Made by a program: the position numbers and the translations under genes
Source: Gammaproteobacteria bacterium
Lineage (GTDB): Bacteria; Pseudomonadota; Gammaproteobacteria; Natronospirales; REEB76
DNA: 49,606 nucleotides
NCBI GenBank assembly: GCA_050739175.1
Contig: JBOIAZ010000038.1
Coordinates: forward strand, 1 to 49,606
Direction of reading: 5' to 3'
Notes under the pieces: model-generated
What the model was told of the DNA's origin: nothing
Seen by the model: the letters and a program-made list of their open reading frames with translations, nothing else
Database searches by the model: none
Part shown: in pieces, positions 17,910 to 29,166 of the stretch
Layout: each line of letters opens with the position of its first letter
Numbering within the stretch: position 1 is the first letter of the stretch

Positions 17910-19816
17910 ATGCAAGGCGATTTCTCTCGCGCCCGACTCCGGCGTTACGGCCTGACAGTCGTGTTGCTTGGCCTGCTCGCGGGCTGCGCGGTGACGCCGC
18001 CACAGCCCACACCCCAGGGCCGTGCCGCACAGGCGCAGCAGTTGCTCCAGCAGGGAGACTACCCGGCCGCCGCCCAGCTTTATGAGTCGCTGGCCGCGGG
18101 CGCGCAGGCGCAGACGCGTGACGAGTATCTGATCAGCGCCGCCGAAGCCTGGTGGCAGGCGGCCCAGGGACAGCGCGCCTGGAAGCTTCTGGGCGAGCTG
18201 CAACCGGCCGCGCTCAACCCACGCTTGAACGCGCGGGCCGAGATGCTCAAGGCGCAAATGGATTTCGCCGCACGCCAGCCGCAAGTGGCGCTCAAGCATC
18301 TGCAGTTTCCATTGGCACCACTCCCCGACGAGCTGAAGGCACGCACCCTGCTGCTGCGCGCGCAAGTCGAAGCCACGCTCGGCAACACGGTGGGCGCCGT
18401 TGAGGACCTGAGCACACGGGAAAATTATCTGGCCGGCAGCCCTGCCGCCATCCGCGATAACCATCAGCGCATCTGGCTGCTCATCTCCCAGAGCCATGCC
18501 GCATTCAACCTGCAGGCGCTGCCCCCCGGGATTTCCCAGGCGGCGCGCGGCTGGCTGGTGCTCGGCAACCTCACGCGCAACATCTGGCAGCAACCGCGCA
18601 ATATGTTGCAGCAGCTGCAGGCTTGGCAGGCGCAGTTCCCCAATCATCCCGCGGAACAGGATATCGTTCCCGAGCTGATCGCCAAGCAGCAGGCATTGGT
18701 GACTTACCCCGCCCGCATTGCGCTGTTGCTGCCGCTGTTCGGGCCCTACCAATCGGTCGCCGATGCGGTGCGCGACGGCCTGTTTACCGCCTATTTCCAG
18801 CTTGCTGGCGACGGCAACGCGCCGACGGTCACGCTGTATGACGCCGGCGCAACCGCGGCCAGCGCTCAGACCGCTTACCGCCAGGCGGTTGCCGCGGGCG
18901 CGGACATGGTGGTTGGACCGCTGATCAAGAACGGCGTGAGCGGCATTGCGGCGCTGGGTTCGCTGCCGGTCCCGGTGCTGGCGCTCAACACGCTCGACTC
19001 CACCCAGTCGCCGCCCGCGGGACTCTTCCAGTTCGGCTTGCCGCCGGAAGACGAAGCCGCGCAAGTTGCCAACCGCGTGATTGCCGAAAGCCTGAAGCGC
19101 GGTGTGGCACTGGTGCCGCAGGGTGACTGGGGCACGCGCGTGCTGAACGCATTTACCGCGCGCTTCACTCAGCTTGGCGGCACGCTGTTGGGCACGCAGA
19201 CCTACACGCCAGGCGCGAACGATTTTTCCGTGCCGATTACGCGCCTGCTCAATCTGAACGACAGCCAGTACCGCGAAGAACAACTGGCGGCATTTCTCGG
19301 CACCAGTCTGCAATTCGAGCCGCGGCGGCGCCAGGACATCCAGTTCATCTTTCTGGCGGCGAACGCCAGTGACGCCAAACTCATCCGGCCGCAGCTGCGG
19401 TTTTTCCACGCCATCAACGTGCCGGTATACGCGACATCGCAGGTTTACCAGCCGGGCACGCCGGCCGACGATGATTTCGACGGCATTACCTTCGATGACA
19501 TGCCGTGGACGCTGGAAACCAGCGGCGCCGCGGCCAGCACGCGCGCCACCGTGAGCGCCTTGTGGCCCAACAATTTCTCCGGCAACAGCCGCCTGTACGC
19601 GCTGGGCTTCGATGCCTGGCGGCTGATACCCCTGCTCTACAAGCGCAACGTGTTCAACATTTCCGTACAAGGCATGACCGGCCTGTTGAGCATGACGCCC
19701 GACGGCCGAATTCACCGCCAACTGGATTGGGCCGCCTTCAACAACGGCACACCGCAACTGCTCGCGCCGGTCGTACCGCCGACTCCGGTGCTGGCGGGCG
19801 CGCCCGGCACCCCGCC

Positions 19817-19820
<4 letters not shown>
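17910..19820 (+). CDS. lpoA: Penicillin-binding protein activator LpoA (LppC family outer-membrane lipoprotein)
   Basis: ORF 17823..19820. Start taken at ATG 17910 (MQGDFSRARLRRYGLTVVLLGLLAGCAV), which has an LLAGC lipobox. N-terminal TPR-like region and a C-terminal periplasmic-binding-protein-like domain. Synteny is rsmI/lpoA-yraN-diaA. Confidence 0.85.
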
Positions 19821-20804
<984 letters not shown>

Positions 20805-20850
20805 CATCCACCTGCAACGCGCGCACCCGGCCAGCACGCGCCAGCCTGCA

Positions 20851-20892
20851 TTGATTTGCATCAATTTCCTTGAGGCCGTCCTTCGCTAGAGT
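20851..20892 (+). promoter_or_regulatory. Class II FNR/CRP-family-dependent promoter candidate for the SDR gene
   Basis: Perfect TTGAT-ttgc-ATCAA at 20851-20864. TAGAGT -10 at 20887-20892, which puts the box centre near -41.5 relative to a TSS around 20899. The gene start is at 20933. Confidence 0.6.
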
Positions 20893-20932
20893 GCCTCGCC
20901 ATTCGACATGCAGCCGAGACAGCTGATATTCC

Positions 20933-21697
20933 GTGGAACTGCGAGAGCAAATCGTGCTGGTAACCGGCGCCGGCCGCGGCCTGGGCATGGCCATTGCCGG
21001 GGCGTTCGCCGCTCAGGGCGCGCGCGTCGTGGTGAACTACCGGCGCAGCCGCGCGCCCGCGGAGGCGCTCGCCGCCAGACTCGGTCCGGAAAAAGGTCTG
21101 GCCCTGGCCGCCGATGTCACCCAAAGCGACCAGGTGCAGGCGATGTTCGCTGCCGTCACGCGCCATTTCGGCCAACCCGTTACCACCGTAGTCAACAACG
21201 CGCTTGCCGATTATGCGTTCAATGGTGAGGCACGCTCCAAAGCGCTCGAGATCAAATGGGATGCCTTCGCCGCCCAACTACAAGGCGCAGTCGGCGGCGC
21301 GCTCAATACCATTCAGGCAGCCGCGCCAGCAATGCGTGCACGGCATTATGGACGCATCATCAACATCGGCAGCAACCTGTTCCAGAACCCGGTGGTGCCC
21401 TATCACGACTACACGGCCGCGAAGGCCGCGTTGCTGGCACTGACCCGTACCATGTCGGCGGATCTAGGCCCGGACGGCATTACGGTGAACATGGTTTCCG
21501 GCGGCCTGTTGCGCACCACCGATGCCAGTCGCGAAACACCGCAAGAAGTGTTCGGCATGATCGCGGCCAACACGCCACTGCGGCACGTCACCACGCCGGA
21601 GGAATTTGCCGACGCCGTGCTGTTTTTCGCCTCGCCGTGGGCACGCGCGATTACCGGCCAGAACCTGGTTGTGGACGGCGGGCTGGTCAAGAACTGA
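20933..21697 (+). CDS. Short-chain dehydrogenase/reductase (FabG-like)
   Basis: 254 aa with a GTG start. VTGAGRGLGMAIA Rossmann motif, NNA, and YxxxK (YTAAKAAL). Confidence 0.9.
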   Translation: MELREQIVLVTGAGRGLGMAIAGAFAAQGARVVVNYRRSRAPAEALAARLGPEKGLALAADVTQSDQVQAMFAAVTRHFGQPVTTVVNNALADYAFNGEARSKALEIKWDAFAAQLQGAVGGALNTIQAAAPAMRARHYGRIINIGSNLFQNPVVPYHDYTAAKAALLALTRTMSADLGPDGITVNMVSGGLLRTTDASRETPQEVFGMIAANTPLRHVTTPEEFADAVLFFASPWARAITGQNLVVDGGLVKN

Positions 21698-21724
21698 CCC
21701 GATCCGCGTGCGCGGATTGGGCCG

Positions 21725-23143
21725 TTAATGCTCCGTACTGCGCGCGCGCACTTCTGCGAATGTCCAATCGCGCAGCAGCATTCCGTTCTCCCACACCGTG
21801 GTCATCGCATCTTCCCAAGCCGGACCGAGCGTGGCCGTACCGGCTTCGATCGCGTCCGGCGGCAATGCCGTGGTTTTGAAAGTGCCATGCCCGCGGTGGC
21901 GCACCAAGGTGAGGCGCCCGGGTTTGGAGGCCTTCGTATGGTCGGTAACTGGATCCTTGAACACGTCCCTCCAGGCCCCACGGATGCGCACCGCAGAACA
22001 CTTAAGCGCGAACTTCTGGGTATCGCGGTTCATCTTCTGCAGGAGCGCGCCGCCCATCCCGAAGGCGATGTTGTCGGCGGCGTAGCGCGCGTGCGTGATG
22101 CGCTCCAGGATCGCGCGGATCGAGTCGGGGTTCACGCCGTCGCCCTGGATCACGCGCACGTGGTTCAGCACGCGGTAGCCCTTGCTGTTCACCGTGCTGC
22201 CGAACGCCGCATTCAGCAGCCTGAGCGTCTGGTGGACGATGTCGGCCGGATCCCCCGAATCGGGCCGCACCACGAGTGTCGCGCCGCTCGCGATGACCTC
22301 GGCACGCAGCGCGTCACCCCACATGGCCTTGACCGCGTGCAACACGTCGTAGCTGTCGGATACGCAGGCGATCACGCTGCCGGGCCTGGCAAACTGGCGC
22401 AACATGTTGCGGTAGGCGTCCAGCTCGCGGTCCCGGCCCCAGGCGGTGATGGTGCTGTGCTCGGCCGCGGGAATCGAGTAGCCCGCCATCGGCTCGCCAT
22501 AGTAGGCACGCGCGGCGAGCACGCCGAGGATGGTGTCGGTACCGCGGAAATTGACGAGATGCGCCATGCCGCCGAGCGCCGCCGATTCCGCGCTGGATAC
22601 GCCGCGCGCGCCGAAATCGTGAAGTTTGAACGCCAGCTGTGCGGCCGCATCGTCGCTGGTCTTGTCGAGGTATTCGCGGATTGTCTGCTTCACGTGCCAA
22701 CTGACGGTGGCGACCGTCACCGGATACCACACCCGCATCAGCAGCGTCTCGACGTAGGACGGCAGCCAGAAACAGGCGGGATCGGTGCTCTCGATCGTCA
22801 TCAACACCTGGTGCGTCGGCACCACCGTGCCCTCCGGCACCGCGCGGATGCGCAAGGGCAGCCTGCCGCCGTGCGCCGCGACGATGTGCCGCCAACCTGG
22901 CTCGTTGAACGGCTCGCCGTGTGCGGCGAAGAACGCCTGAGCCCCCCTGATCATCTCCGCCGTCACCGGCCGGGCGAGATATTCCTTCAGGATCGCCTGC
23001 AAGCCGAAGAACAGCGTGCGCTCGTAGGCGCCGCCGCGGCTTTCCAGATAAAAAAACGTGGCATCGGTACCCGGTGGATACTGCAGCCAGTGACTCGCCT
23101 TGTAGCTGTCGGTGTTGAGGATCAGATTGGAAGCGATGTCCAT
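21725..23143 (-). CDS. nadV: Nicotinamide phosphoribosyltransferase (NAMPT/NadV family)
   Basis: ORF 21725..23356. Start taken at ATG 23143 (MDIASNLILNTDSYKASHWLQYPPGT...). NTDSYK and HDFGARG motifs are characteristic of the family. Confidence 0.88.
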   Translation of the reverse strand: MDIASNLILNTDSYKASHWLQYPPGTDATFFYLESRGGAYERTLFFGLQAILKEYLARPVTAEMIRGAQAFFAAHGEPFNEPGWRHIVAAHGGRLPLRIRAVPEGTVVPTHQVLMTIESTDPACFWLPSYVETLLMRVWYPVTVATVSWHVKQTIREYLDKTSDDAAAQLAFKLHDFGARGVSSAESAALGGMAHLVNFRGTDTILGVLAARAYYGEPMAGYSIPAAEHSTITAWGRDRELDAYRNMLRQFARPGSVIACVSDSYDVLHAVKAMWGDALRAEVIASGATLVVRPDSGDPADIVHQTLRLLNAAFGSTVNSKGYRVLNHVRVIQGDGVNPDSIRAILERITHARYAADNIAFGMGGALLQKMNRDTQKFALKCSAVRIRGAWRDVFKDPVTDHTKASKPGRLTLVRHRGHGTFKTTALPPDAIEAGTATLGPAWEDAMTTVWENGMLLRDWTFAEVRARSTEH

Positions 23144-23570
23144 ATGTTCACACGATACCGCGGGTGCGGTTCGCACGCACTCGCCGCTTGTGGCGCCGGG
23201 CGGCTCACCAAGCATCGCCGGTGGAATTGACAACGCATAGTGCGCATCTTTTTCGCCCCATGGCCAAGTCGCAACCCTGCAAGCCGATTCGGGAGCCTGC
23301 CGCTTTGGGCACCGGCAAGTCTGCACGCGAACGCAATGTCTCACGCCACTCGGCAATCCCGTGGTTAATCAACAATCGGGGATGCGAATTACACGCGCCG
23401 GTTCCGAAAGAAGTGCGCCACGGCAAGCGGTCTGAACCCGGCCGCATATCAACACCATGGATCGGCAGGCGCGATGGCGGTCTCTGCCGGCCTGGCGCGC
23501 GGTACGCGGACCCTCGGGAGATACTTGATTTGGAGGCCCGTCACCCCCATTTCAACTGTGTACGGAGGGG

Positions 23571-25001
23571 GTGTCCCAACACTCGCTGTCTGCCATGACT
23601 GAGGTTCAGAAACTCGCTGAATTTGTCCACGCGGCCGATTTCCACAAAATCAGCAGTGCTGCGGTCGGGCAACTCAAGATCCGCGTTTTGGACACACTGG
23701 GTGTCGCGATTGCCGCCCTGGATTCGGCCCCGATGGTCGCGATCCGCAAGCTCACCGCGGTGCTGGGCGGAAACCCGGAGGCCACGCTCATCGGCGGCGG
23801 GCGCACGGCGGTGGATCGCGCTGCGTTCTACAACATCGCCTTGAGCCGCTATCTCGATTACATGGACAGCTATCTCGCGCCCGGTGAAACCTGCCATCCC
23901 TCGGACAACATCGGCGCGGTGCTCGCGGCCGCCGAAAGCGCGGACGCGAGTGGCAAGGAGTTTCTTACCGCCGTCGCGGTCGCTTATCAGGTACAGACGA
24001 GATTGTCGGACGTGGCTCCGGTCAGGGCACACGGATTCGATCACACGGTGCAGGGCGCGTACGCGGTGGCCGCGGCTACCGCCAAGGCCCTGCAGCTTTC
24101 CCCGTCGCAGATTGCCAATGCGGTTGCCATCTCCGGTACCGCGAACAATGCCTTGCGCGTGACGCGCACCGGCGATCTCTCCCACTGGAAAGGCCTGGCC
24201 TATCCCGAGGTCGGCAAGGAAGGCATGTTTGCCACGCTGCTTGCGCGCGCCGGCATCACCGGTCCGGCCCGGGTCTTCGAAGGCAACAAGGGATTCAAGG
24301 AAACCATCGCCGGGAATTTCTCCATTGACTGGGTGCACGAGGATCTGGAAAGCGTGCTGCACACCATCATCAAGAAGCACAACGCCGAAATCCATGCGCA
24401 ATCGTCCCTGGATGCCGCCCTTGCGGTCAGGTGTCAGGCCGGTTTCCACGCCGGGCGGATTCGCGCCGTGCGCGTGCGCACCTTCCAAGTCGCCTACGAC
24501 ATCATCGGCGGCGGAGAGGAAGGCGACAAGCACGCGATCCGCACCAAGGAGGAAGCGGATCATTCGCTGCCTTACATGGTAGCGGCCGCGTTACTGGACG
24601 GCGAAGTGCAACCCGCGCAATACGCAAGCGAGCGCATCGTGCGGGACGATATCCAGGCGCTGCTGAAGAAGGTGACGGTGGCACCGGATGCGGCTTATAC
24701 GAAACGCTTTCCCTCGGAAATGCCGAGTTCCGTCGCGGTGGAGCTGGACGACGGCACTACGCTGGCAGCGAGCGCCGCAACCTATCACGGGTTCCACACC
24801 AAGCCCTTCGATTGGGATGCGGCCGTGGAGAAATTCTCGAAGCTCGCGACACCTTTTACCGGCAACCGCCTGGGTGACCGGATAGCGGGCACCGTGGCAC
24901 GGCTGGAAAGCCACAGCGTGCGGGATCTTGCCGCGCTGCTGGCTCAGGTACCGCGGGAGCGACTGAATTCCAAGCAGCAGGCTGATTTTCTGCCGGCCTG
25001 A
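23571..25001 (+). CDS. MmgE/PrpD family protein (2-methylcitrate dehydratase-like fold; substrate unknown)
   Basis: 476 aa. GTG start behind a GGAGGGG SD; the alternative ATG is at 23595. Family-typical KIRVLDTLGVAIAA..., CHPSD and GFDHT segments. Confidence 0.88.
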   Translation: MSQHSLSAMTEVQKLAEFVHAADFHKISSAAVGQLKIRVLDTLGVAIAALDSAPMVAIRKLTAVLGGNPEATLIGGGRTAVDRAAFYNIALSRYLDYMDSYLAPGETCHPSDNIGAVLAAAESADASGKEFLTAVAVAYQVQTRLSDVAPVRAHGFDHTVQGAYAVAAATAKALQLSPSQIANAVAISGTANNALRVTRTGDLSHWKGLAYPEVGKEGMFATLLARAGITGPARVFEGNKGFKETIAGNFSIDWVHEDLESVLHTIIKKHNAEIHAQSSLDAALAVRCQAGFHAGRIRAVRVRTFQVAYDIIGGGEEGDKHAIRTKEEADHSLPYMVAAALLDGEVQPAQYASERIVRDDIQALLKKVTVAPDAAYTKRFPSEMPSSVAVELDDGTTLAASAATYHGFHTKPFDWDAAVEKFSKLATPFTGNRLGDRIAGTVARLESHSVRDLAALLAQVPRERLNSKQQADFLPA

Positions 25002-25017
25002 CATAAGGAGAGCCACC

Positions 25018-25854
25018 ATGTTCAACACCAGTTTTGATTTTATTCCGCGCGCGTATCGTCCCGAGAAACCACGCAAGTTCGGCATCACCGAAATCCGAGC
25101 ACCCTACTACTCGACCTTCGGCACCCGTCACCTCGCCGATGTGCTTGAAGTGGCCGGGCAATGGGTGGACGGCATCAAGTGGGCGGGGGGATCCTTCTCG
25201 CTGGTGCCGCGCGAGCAGGTGCGCGCGTTCAGCGATCTTGCCCACAAGTACAACGCGTACGTATCCTCGGGCGGCTGGATCGAGACGGTGCTGCGCTACG
25301 GCCCCGAGGCGGTGGAGAAATATCTCAAGGAAGCCAGGGAACTCGGCTTCGACGTCATCGAGATTTCCGCTGGCTTTCTCACCATCCCGACCAGCGGCAT
25401 GCTGCGCCTGATCGAGCAGGTCAAGAAGGCGGGATTTAAGGCCAAACCCGAGTTGGGCATCCAGTTCGGCTCGGGCGGTGATTCCACCGAAGCCGAGCTC
25501 GCGGCGGAAGACAGGAAAGATACCGGCGACCTGGTTAACCGCGTAAAACGCGTGCTTGAAGCCGGTGCCGATATCGTCATGATCGAGTCTGAAGGTATAA
25601 CCGAGAATGTCGTGAAGTGGAATACCGCGCCGGCAGCCGCGGTCATCAACGGCGTGGGCACCGAGCATGTGATGTTCGAGGCGGCCGATCCGCCGGTGTT
25701 CGAGTGGTACATCAAGAACTACGGCAATGAGGTCAACCTGTTCTGCGATCACTCGCAGATCCTGCAGCTCGAAGGCCTGCGCCAGAACGTCTGGGGCAAC
25801 AAGTCCACCTGGGGCCGAATCGCGAATCCCGCACCGCGCGCAAGCCACAAGTAA
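25018..25854 (+). CDS. Phosphosulfolactate synthase (ComA) family protein
   Basis: 278 aa behind an AAGGAG SD, 16 nt after the PrpD-family stop. RPEKPRKFGITEIR...GIKWAGGSF...IEISAGF...IMIESEG TIM-barrel pattern of the ComA family. Confidence 0.85.
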   Translation: MFNTSFDFIPRAYRPEKPRKFGITEIRAPYYSTFGTRHLADVLEVAGQWVDGIKWAGGSFSLVPREQVRAFSDLAHKYNAYVSSGGWIETVLRYGPEAVEKYLKEARELGFDVIEISAGFLTIPTSGMLRLIEQVKKAGFKAKPELGIQFGSGGDSTEAELAAEDRKDTGDLVNRVKRVLEAGADIVMIESEGITENVVKWNTAPAAAVINGVGTEHVMFEAADPPVFEWYIKNYGNEVNLFCDHSQILQLEGLRQNVWGNKSTWGRIANPAPRASHK

Positions 25855-25899
25855 CCGCCGCGGCACGCGCCTGCGCAACAGCCGGCTGCCGGTCCGGCT

Positions 25900-27312
25900 T
25901 TAAGCCAGCAGCTTCCCGGGATTCATGATCCCCTGCGGGTCCAGCGCCGCCTTGATGCGGCGCATGAGCGCCATCTCCACCGGGTCCTTGTAACGCGGCA
26001 GTACGTCCCGCTTGAGCTGGCCGATACCGTGTTCCGCGCCGATCGACCCGCCCACGGCATGCACCCGGTCGTGCACCAAGGCCGCGATTTCCTCCTGCTG
26101 TGCGAGCAACCGATCCTCGGTCCAACCCGCGCCCCGCGCCACGTTGTAGTGCAGATTGCCGTCGCCCAGGTGCCCGAAGATCACGTGCTGGATCCCGGGA
26201 AACGCCTCGTCGAGCGCAGCGTTCGTGGTACGCACGAATTCCGCCATGCGCGACACCGGGATCGAGATGTCGTGCTTGATGCTCTTGCCGGATTCCTTTT
26301 CCGCCAACGGGATGCTTTCGCGCAAATGCCAGAGCGCATGGCTTTGCGCGATCGATTCCGCGATGACGGCATCCTGCACGCATCCGGCCTCGACAGCCCC
26401 GGCCACGACGGATTCAAAACGCTGGCGCGCATGGACTTCAGACTCGCTGTCCGACAATTCCAGGAGCGTGTACCAGGGAAGTTTGGCCGCGGGCCCGTCA
26501 AAGGGCAGACGCTGCTGCGGAAAGCAGCGCACCACTTGCTGCAGGCAATATCCCGCCATCAGCTCGAACCCGGTGAGCGCAGCCCCCAGGCCGGTACGCG
26601 CCCGCCCCAGCATGGCGACCGCGTTTTCGATGGAATCCAGCGCCAGCAGCGCCGTGCATTGCGCCACCGGCAGCGGAAACAGCTTGAGTGTGGCCGCGGT
26701 AATCACGCCCAGCGTGCCTTCGCTGCCAATGAACAGGTCACGCACATCGTAGCCAGTGTTGTCCTTGCGCAGCGCGCGCAGTCCGTGCCAGACATCGCCT
26801 TGCGCCGTCACGACTTCCAGCCCCAGGGTCAGCTCGCGCATGTTGCCGTAGCGCAGTACCTGCGTGCCGCCGGCATTCGTCGCCAGATTGCCGCCAATCG
26901 TGCAACTGCCCTCGGCGGCGAGACTCAGCGGAAACAAGCGCCCGGCGTCGCGCGCAGCCTGCTGCACAGATTGCAGAACGCAGCCCGCCTCGACCTCCAG
27001 GGTGTCGTTGTCGGTGTCGATGCCGCGAATCCGGTTCAGGCGTTGCAGCGAGAGGATTACCGCACGGCCCGAATCATCCGGCGTGGCACCGCCGCACAGC
27101 CCGGTATTTCCGCCTTGCGGAACCACGGGGATGCGCGCCTGCGCACACAGGCGCACGACCGCGGCGATTTCCTCGGTGGTCGCGGGCCGCACCACGGCCA
27201 GCGGTGTCCCGCTATAGCGCTCGCGCCAATCCACCGCATAGACGTGCGCGTCTGCGCCGGTCAGCACCTGCGCGGCACCCACGGTGGCCCGCAACGCATC
27301 CAGACGGTTCAT
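25900..27312 (-). CDS. FAD-linked oxidase (GlcD / D-2-hydroxyacid dehydrogenase family)
   Basis: 470 aa. FAD-binding PCMH domain (VVPQGGNTGLCGGA, GGNLATNAGG, KDNTGYDVRDLFIGSEGTLGVIT). Sits 53 nt downstream of fabB on the same strand. Confidence 0.9.
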   Translation of the reverse strand: MNRLDALRATVGAAQVLTGADAHVYAVDWRERYSGTPLAVVRPATTEEIAAVVRLCAQARIPVVPQGGNTGLCGGATPDDSGRAVILSLQRLNRIRGIDTDNDTLEVEAGCVLQSVQQAARDAGRLFPLSLAAEGSCTIGGNLATNAGGTQVLRYGNMRELTLGLEVVTAQGDVWHGLRALRKDNTGYDVRDLFIGSEGTLGVITAATLKLFPLPVAQCTALLALDSIENAVAMLGRARTGLGAALTGFELMAGYCLQQVVRCFPQQRLPFDGPAAKLPWYTLLELSDSESEVHARQRFESVVAGAVEAGCVQDAVIAESIAQSHALWHLRESIPLAEKESGKSIKHDISIPVSRMAEFVRTTNAALDEAFPGIQHVIFGHLGDGNLHYNVARGAGWTEDRLLAQQEEIAALVHDRVHAVGGSIGAEHGIGQLKRDVLPRYKDPVEMALMRRIKAALDPQGIMNPGKLLA

Positions 27313-27365
27313 GATCCGGGAACCTTGTATCCGAAAAAGCAGGAAACGGTATCAGGCGCTGGCCA

Positions 27366-28574
27366 TCAGACTGCGGAAAACACCAGGCTGGCATTGGTGC
27401 CGCCGAAGCCGAAACTGTTCGACATCACCGTGGTCAGTTTTGCCGCGCGGCTCTGGCGCAAAATCGGAAAGCCCTCGGCACGCGCGTCCAGGGTCTCGAT
27501 ATTCGCCGAGCCGGCCATGAAACCGTCGCGCATCATCAACAGGCTGTAGATCGCCTCGTGCACGCCGGCCGAGCCGAGCGAGTGACCGGTAAGCGCCTTG
27601 GTCGAGGACAGCGGCGGCACTTCCGCGCCGAACATCTCGCGCACCGCGTCGAGTTCGGCGATATCCCCCAGCGGGGTGCCGGTACCGTGGGTGTTGAGGT
27701 AATCGACCGGGCGCTCGGCATCGGCGAGCGCCATGCGCATGCAGCGCACCGCGCCATCCCCGCTCGGCACCACCATGTCGGTGCCGTCGGAAGTGGCGCC
27801 ATAGCCGACAAGTTCGGCCTGAATATCCGCACCGCGGGCGCGCGCGTGATCGTAAGCCTCCAGCACCAGCATGCCGCCGCCGGCCGCGATGACGAAGCCA
27901 TCGCGTGTGGCGTCATACGGGCGCGAGGCCGCGGCAGGCCGGTCGTTGTTGCCGGTAGCAAGCGCACCCATGGCATCGAATTGGGCGGTCATGCTCCAGT
28001 GCTCTTCCTCACCGCCGCCGGCAAACATCAGATCCTGCGCGCCGCTGCGGATCAAATTGGCGGCCGCACCAATGCAGTGCGCCGAAGTCGCGCACGCCGC
28101 GGAAATCGAATAACTCAGGCCGAGAATGCCGAAGGCGGTGGCCAGCGTCGCGGACACAGTCGAACACATGGTGCGTGGCACCATGAATGGCCCGACTTTG
28201 CGCAGTCCCTTGCTGCGCAGCAGGTCGGCGGTCTCAATTTGCCACTGGGACGAGCCGCCGCCGGAGCCGGCGATCACGCCGACCCGCGGATGGCGGATGT
28301 GTTCCATCGCCAGACCGGCATCGGCAATCGCCGAGCGCATCGCCACGTAGGCATACGCCGCCGCATTGCCCATGAAACGTTTCCACTTGCGTTCGATGGC
28401 GGCGTCCAGATCGATGTCGGGAACCCCCGCCACCTGGCTGCGCAGGCCGCGCGCAGCGTATTCGGGCATGGTGCGAATGCCGCTGCGCAGCTCGCGCAGT
28501 GCACGCGAGACCGTGTCGGCCGCGTTGCCCAGGCAGGAAACGATGCCCATGCCGGTGACCACCACGCGGTTCAT
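27366..28574 (-). CDS. fabB: 3-oxoacyl-ACP synthase I (KAS I)
   Basis: Start at ATG 28574 ([13 protein letters not shown]...), 1 nt after the fabA stop. Active-site region [11 protein letters not shown] plus HGTGT and GHSLG motifs. The fabA-fabB pairing supports KAS I. Confidence 0.92.
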   Translation of the reverse strand: MNRVVVTGMGIVSCLGNAADTVSRALRELRSGIRTMPEYAARGLRSQVAGVPDIDLDAAIERKWKRFMGNAAAYAYVAMRSAIADAGLAMEHIRHPRVGVIAGSGGGSSQWQIETADLLRSKGLRKVGPFMVPRTMCSTVSATLATAFGILGLSYSISAACATSAHCIGAAANLIRSGAQDLMFAGGGEEEHWSMTAQFDAMGALATGNNDRPAAASRPYDATRDGFVIAAGGGMLVLEAYDHARARGADIQAELVGYGATSDGTDMVVPSGDGAVRCMRMALADAERPVDYLNTHGTGTPLGDIAELDAVREMFGAEVPPLSSTKALTGHSLGSAGVHEAIYSLLMMRDGFMAGSANIETLDARAEGFPILRQSRAAKLTTVMSNSFGFGGTNASLVFSAV

Positions 28575-28575
28575 T

Positions 28576-29166
28576 TCACAGACCCTCGACCGACTGGAAC
28601 AAGCCCACACGCATGTCTTTGGCGACGTAGATCAGGCGGTCGTCCGCAAAGGTGTTGCCGTCCGCGATCACCATGGGTAATTTCCCGCGCATCACCCGCC
28701 GCACGTCGATCCGGTAGCGCACGAGCTTGGCGCTGGGGAGCACCTGTCCCGTGAACTTGACCTCCCCCACGCCGAGCGCCCGGCCGCGGCCCGGTTCACC
28801 CAGCCAGGGCAGAAAGAAACCACTGAGCTGCCACATCGCATCCAGGCCGAGGCAGCCCGGCATCACCGGGTCACCCGCAAAATGACACTCGAAGAACCAC
28901 AGATCCGGCTGGATGTCCAGTTCAGCCCGGATCTCGCCTTTGTTGTAGGCGCCGCCGGTGTCGGCGATGTGCGTGATCCGGTCAAACATCAGCAGCGGCG
29001 GCGCCGGCAGACGTGCATTGTCCACGCCGAAAAGCTCGCCGCGGCCGCACGCCAATAATTGCTCGCGGCTGAAAGCATGCAGCCGGGATTTATCGCCCTG
29101 CGCGCGGGGTTTGGATGAAGCAAGGTCCGGCGGATTATGTTTGCGCTCGGTCGTCGGCATTTGCAT
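28576..29166 (-). CDS. fabA: 3-hydroxydecanoyl-ACP dehydratase/isomerase FabA
   Basis: [27 protein letters not shown] active-site block. Start taken at ATG 29166 (or 29160). This leaves about 24 residues more than E. coli or Pseudomonas FabA at the N-terminus. Confidence 0.88.
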   Translation of the reverse strand: MQMPTTERKHNPPDLASSKPRAQGDKSRLHAFSREQLLACGRGELFGVDNARLPAPPLLMFDRITHIADTGGAYNKGEIRAELDIQPDLWFFECHFAGDPVMPGCLGLDAMWQLSGFFLPWLGEPGRGRALGVGEVKFTGQVLPSAKLVRYRIDVRRVMRGKLPMVIADGNTFADDRLIYVAKDMRVGLFQSVEGL

